From positions 11,158,286 to 11,222,285 of the forward strand of contig CM082581.2 of NCBI GenBank assembly GCA_040954595.2: DNA of 64,000 nt, given 5' to 3'. The position numbers and the translations under genes were made by a program. This DNA comes from Balanoglossus misakiensis (Eukaryota; Animalia; Hemichordata). Within the stretch, counting starts at the first letter, position 1. The number at the start of each line of letters is the position of its first letter. The notes under the pieces were generated by a model. The model searched no databases and was not told the origin of the DNA. It was given only the letters and a program-made list of their open reading frames with translations. This document shows positions 63,057 to 64,000 of this stretch, in pieces.

Positions 63057-64000
63057 TCCACTCGTACATTATCATTTAAATAACAATCCGATATGTCCTC
63101 CTGGCGGCCAACGATTTTTTTTATGAGTAGAACCCTGTCTCCTACTAGCCCTGGTACACCGTGTAACGCCGGGAGCATGCAGACCTATCAAAAAGTACAC
63201 ACAGGGCTTCAAGCCGCTAAACTTTTCCGGTTGACAATTTATATTGACGAACAAAGTGGTTAATGTCGTGGTAATAAAGTTTATTGACTTGGTTAGGCAT
63301 ACTCGTATAATTCCTGTTATGTGTTGATTCCCTTGACCCCAATATATTTGAAGCCTCCGTAATGGCATCATATCTCAATATGATACACATATATATAGTG
63401 TTTTGAAATATGAAATATGTTTACAAATTGAAAATGATTATAATTGTCGCAAGGTTAATAAAGTATACTACAGCAGTACATACACAATCAAGAAGAGTTG
63501 AGAGAGAGGGGAGAGATTGTTACTGATTGTTAGCGTGTGCTGGCAACTGATGTGCTTACGAGCTCGTGGCAGTGTCGTTAGCAGAATATCAAGATATTTT
63601 ACTCGTTGCAGCTCTTTTCAAAGTGCAGCATGTAATGGCTGGGCTAATGCAATTTAGCAAGTCCTTTCAGCTCTGCACGGTGGAAGCGATAAACTAAAAC
63701 CATTAAGGCGATATTTTCCTGTAGATGTTCCCTTCCCTCACATGGCTATAATCTTACCTGCCAGGTTTATTGCTTTATAGATTTCCTTCAAATGGCAGTG
63801 TTAAGTATATCACTGATGTAAAGAGAAACTTTCATCACAAAACAGGAAATGAACGTTAAATGGGAGTCGAATAGAGGCGAGTCTGTCAATTAGGCCGCGA
63901 GTTCCCCCCCCCCCCCCGTTTGGTAGATGCAAGGATTTTTGGTAAAAAACCGAACATATTTTATTTGCCTGCTTGAATTCATTTGTCAGTTTTATCAAAA

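Noticed and set aside
62843-63178. 111-aa minus-strand ORF
   Set aside because: No recognisable homology, and it spans the DNA palindrome; treated as non-coding.
63748-63770. U1 snRNA-like start (ATCTTACCTGCCAGG)
   Set aside because: Similarity ends after about 14 nt; no U1 stem-loops or Sm site follow.

Overview
Intron-rich animal genomic DNA, probably a marine invertebrate; the species cannot be determined from this window. Most ORFs in the supplied track are spurious, so I built gene models by hand from GT-AG splice sites, exon phase and recalled protein similarity (no database search was run). Main result: four non-canonical Polycomb group RING finger genes within about 50 kb. PCGF3 (-, 9623-14422), PCGF6-like (-, 24583-27900, almost invisible in the ORF track) and PCGF1 (-, 32746-34966) are complete; only the first coding exon of PCGF5-like (+, 58985-59090) is inside the window. 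Interleaved are two tandem HNK-1ST/CHST11-family carbohydrate sulfotransferases (+) and a RhoBTB gene (+). The window opens with a 99-unit, 25-bp palindromic satellite ending in a probable DNA-transposon terminus, then the 3' exons of a possible shootin-1-like gene. Also present: several miniature non-autonomous transposons, a near-perfect 75-nt hairpin, and a CpG-poor/CpG-rich mosaic.
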